DNA from: a virus
Lineage: Duplodnaviria; Caudoviricetes
Virus record (IMG/VR): IMGVR_UViG_3300043296_000049
Location: 1-28,752 of that record
Direction: 5' to 3' (one strand)
Length of the DNA stretch: 28,752 nucleotides
The position numbers and the translations under genes were made by a program. This document shows, one piece after another, positions 26,120-28,752 of this stretch (position 1 is the first letter of the stretch; the number at the start of each line of letters is the position of its first letter). A model generated the notes under the pieces. The model had not been told where the DNA came from, ran no database searches, and saw only the letters and a list, made by a program, of their open reading frames with translations.

Positions 26120-26904
26120 GTTCCCTCCACAGTTAAGTCTACGGTGTGGGTTGCTATCTGGCCTCCGCTGCCAGTCGGACGGAATTGTATATCAACAACG
26201 ATGTCGGCGATTCCAGTGCTCGGGCTTTTAGCCGTTCCGTTATTACGATTCAATCCGATTGCGCCATCGTCGGTGGCATCACCACCGTCATTTGAGACCG
26301 TGTCCAGCAGATACCAGACGTTCTCGTCCCGATCAAGGCCAGAGTCGGCTGGGTCCTCGAAGTAATGAGTCGCAGTCGGAGTTCCTCCTTCAGTCAGGTT
26401 CGTGTACCGGATGTCCCAGTTCAGCCCCTCATTTGTTTCTGGATTGTCAGGCCACCACTCAAGGGTGTGATTGTTAGCGTCGTCTGTCTGCGTCGTCAGC
26501 TGAGCATATACGATTGACGCGAGACCACCCGATACCTCGTCCCATTGAATAGTTCCGTCAGATTCATACCAGACTGATTGTCGAGCTATGGCTGGAGCGA
26601 CCTGCTGGAAAAGATTAGTAATGTCTGACACGTCAGGTATCGTACCGGGACCTGCACCCTGCTGAGCCGCTGCCGCTTGCACACGTGCCCCGACAGAGCC
26701 TCGTTGAAGTTTGAGTGAACCGAACTGGCGCATCCCGAGAACGTGATTCAGCTCACCTCGACGCAGCCGCCAGAGGTCTTCCCACTTCCGCTTTGGCGTT
26801 CGCCAGCCTTGAGCGATGACTTTTAGGAACTCTGGCATCTCCTCTTCCCGAGGAGACACCATCCCGAACCATCCGGGCCGACCGGGAAGAATTATCGCGG
26901 ACAT
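26116..26904 (-). CDS. Putative fibre tip / partner virion protein, 262 aa
   Basis: TAATG overlap with the fibre gene; basic N-terminal region followed by an acidic beta-rich domain. Confidence 0.6.
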   Translation of the reverse strand: MSAIILPGRPGWFGMVSPREEEMPEFLKVIAQGWRTPKRKWEDLWRLRRGELNHVLGMRQFGSLKLQRGSVGARVQAAAAQQGAGPGTIPDVSDITNLFQQVAPAIARQSVWYESDGTIQWDEVSGGLASIVYAQLTTQTDDANNHTLEWWPDNPETNEGLNWDIRYTNLTEGGTPTATHYFEDPADSGLDRDENVWYLLDTVSNDGGDATDDGAIGLNRNNGTAKSPSTGIADIVVDIQFRPTGSGGQIATHTVDLTVEGT

Positions 26905-28752
26905 TATGGCGTGATTCCTGTACCCCAGATGTAGTACACGCCCGCAGCCTCGCGCCAGATATTCGCAACGCCACCGGGACCAACTACCGCGCCTCCGGCA
27001 GTGTCAATCACCGTGGATCCGTCCAAGTAAAACAACGTCGTGGTCGCGCCCTCAGTGATGGTGTAGTCGGTCGTAGCGAACGCATTGATGACCGTGGTCA
27101 TTGCGCCGACCGGGAAGTCCAGATCTCCGACTGCCGCGAGCGTCAGTGTTCGAGCGGTCGTTGCATCCTTGAACGCTACCTGACCAGCGTGACCTGCTTC
27201 CAGTGTGTCTGATACGTTGTCGTTGAACACCCGCAGGTCGTTAAAGCCAATGTCGTGCGAGACAGAAGCATTGTCATTGATAACTGCCCAAGCCGTATTG
27301 CCGGTCGCGCTGCCTAACTGAGTTTGAATTGCTACGACGCCAGAGTGTTGAATCTCTAGATGGATGCCGCTGGTACTTCCAATAATTGCTTGACCAGCTA
27401 CACACTGGAGTTGAATGGCATTCGATGAAGCACTCTGGAATATCTGTAGCCTTACGCCTCCTGTGTACTGTACGTCTGCCGCACCCGTGAAGGCGAAGAT
27501 CGCATCGGTGCCGTCGAGGGATATGTTGAGGTTGTCGGTATCGACTGGACCGTCCTCAAAGATAGTCATGCCTCCAGTTTCCTGAATGCTCCACATATCG
27601 TTGATGCCGTTCCGAATTATAAACTCGTCGCCAGAAGATTGGATCAGCGAGAGGATAAGAATCGTATCACCGGACACCAACTCCGCTCGCTCAATGCCCG
27701 CGACCTCCATCGTCATCGAGGCTGCTATCGAGCCATTGACGACCAAGCCATCTTCACACTGAACAGACCCATCAATGAAACGGTAGAAGTTGGCATTGTT
27801 GAATATCAATCCCGCTGAGCTATTGCTCAGGTTGACATTAAAGACCGTCGCAGATACTGGATCGATCTCAAGGTACTGAGCATCGGTCGGATCGTAGAAG
27901 CGATGTTTCAAACCATCACGCCAGTTCCAAATCTGATCCGCTGCCAACCCTTCAACTTCGAAGTCAACACCGTCCCAGTCCATCGTGATGTCATTGCCAG
28001 TACCGAACCTGATTTGATCATTGTCAGGTACATCAAGCGGAAAAGTTACGGACGGTGAGGCAGTGAGGTCGAAGTCAACACCTGCTTCGGTGATGTAGTG
28101 AAGAGCATCGTCTGCTGAATCAACAAAGAGCTGACCGAACCCTGCGTCATCCAACTCCTGAGCCGCTTGCTCTGCTAAGAACAGCGTTCCATTCTGGATA
28201 CGAACACCTTCGTTAGCAGTTGCTAATCGACCGAGTGCGGCTGAACCGGCATAGAGAGTCACTCCACCTGACGCAGCATCTCCGCTGCAATGTATTCTCT
28301 GTCTGCTGCCACCACCTGTTCCGACGTTGATGAGAACGTGACGACCAGCAATGTGGTTGCGAATGATGAAATCAGTGAAGAACTCCGTACCGATACTGGC
28401 TCTTGTCGTGCCGTTTTGATTCTGCCATTCAACCTCGCGACCTTCGCCGTCTATGTTACCGACGCTGCGAATAGCCGTGATGCCAGAGCCTTCAGCAACG
28501 GTCGCGGGATTCGATGAACCGTCAACCAACTGAGTTGGGTCGGCTGCTGCTGGCACCTGACTAAGTTGCTGCCACGTAGTACGAAGAATCGCATTGTTAG
28601 AAGGGATACCACCAGAGACAAGAGTAACCGGAACCTCCCACCAACCAGTATTATCTACAGCCGGTCCTGTGACCGTGAAGATTATAATTTCACCGGTCGT
28701 GACTTCATTGCGCATCGTCAGGAGGTCGCCGTTTGCAAGGAGCGGGTACAAC
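26904..28752 (-). CDS. Tail fibre-like protein, 5' end outside the window (at least 615 aa)
   Basis: Frame is open to the window edge. DNDQIRFGTGND fibre motif; C-terminal domain TLTL....DFPVGA...YYIWGTG. Confidence 0.7.
   Translation of the reverse strand, partial: LYPLLANGDLLTMRNEVTTGEIIIFTVTGPAVDNTGWWEVPVTLVSGGIPSNNAILRTTWQQLSQVPAAADPTQLVDGSSNPATVAEGSGITAIRSVGNIDGEGREVEWQNQNGTTRASIGTEFFTDFIIRNHIAGRHVLINVGTGGGSRQRIHCSGDAASGGVTLYAGSAALGRLATANEGVRIQNGTLFLAEQAAQELDDAGFGQLFVDSADDALHYITEAGVDFDLTASPSVTFPLDVPDNDQIRFGTGNDITMDWDGVDFEVEGLAADQIWNWRDGLKHRFYDPTDAQYLEIDPVSATVFNVNLSNSSAGLIFNNANFYRFIDGSVQCEDGLVVNGSIAASMTMEVAGIERAELVSGDTILILSLIQSSGDEFIIRNGINDMWSIQETGGMTIFEDGPVDTDNLNISLDGTDAIFAFTGAADVQYTGGVRLQIFQSASSNAIQLQCVAGQAIIGSTSGIHLEIQHSGVVAIQTQLGSATGNTAWAVINDNASVSHDIGFNDLRVFNDNVSDTLEAGHAGQVAFKDATTARTLTLAAVGDLDFPVGAMTTVINAFATTDYTITEGATTTLFYLDGSTVIDTAGGAVVGPGGVANIWREAAGVYYIWGTGITP

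Noticed and set aside
22-28517. Many plus-strand ORFs up to 256 aa (e.g. 439..1209, 8949..9677, 10751..11434, 14016..14651)
   Set aside because: They are antisense shadows of well-supported minus-strand genes and have no recognisable motifs.
1-28752. Stop-codon reassignment, tRNA, CRISPR array, intron/intein, integrase or att site
   Set aside because: Genes are intact under the standard code with all three stops used. Intergenic gaps are short, and no such patterns were seen by eye.

Overview
A dsDNA tailed-phage (Caudoviricetes) packaging, head, tail and lysis region. About 35 tightly packed genes all lie on the minus strand, many joined by ATGA/TAATG overlaps. In transcription order (right to left): truncated fibre gene plus partner; ATP-grasp-like protein; three small ORFs; a stand-alone 180-aa gene with its own sigma70-like promoter and terminator; terminase large subunit; Cys-rich 118-aa protein; portal; small ORFs; GroES-like co-chaperonin; scaffold; two head-associated genes; major capsid protein; several virion/fibre genes; a basic xxGG-repeat protein; adaptor; Zn-finger protein; a second fibre plus partner; lysis cassette (TM protein, lysozyme-like endolysin, holin, lipoprotein); second adaptor; large fibre; and a tail tubular/nozzle-like protein. 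No tape-measure or sheath gene is seen, so the layout is podovirus-like, and the lipobox suggests a diderm host. Family assignments come from motif recognition and gene order, not from database searches. The most notable observations are a candidate -1 frameshift (A_AAA_AAA_TAG) whose shifted frame exactly fills an intergenic gap, shuffled modules shared by four fibre genes, a duplicated fibre/tip cassette coupled to an ATP-grasp-like gene, and a moron-like transcription unit upstream of terL. No RNA genes, CRISPR arrays, integrase or reverse transcriptase were recognised.
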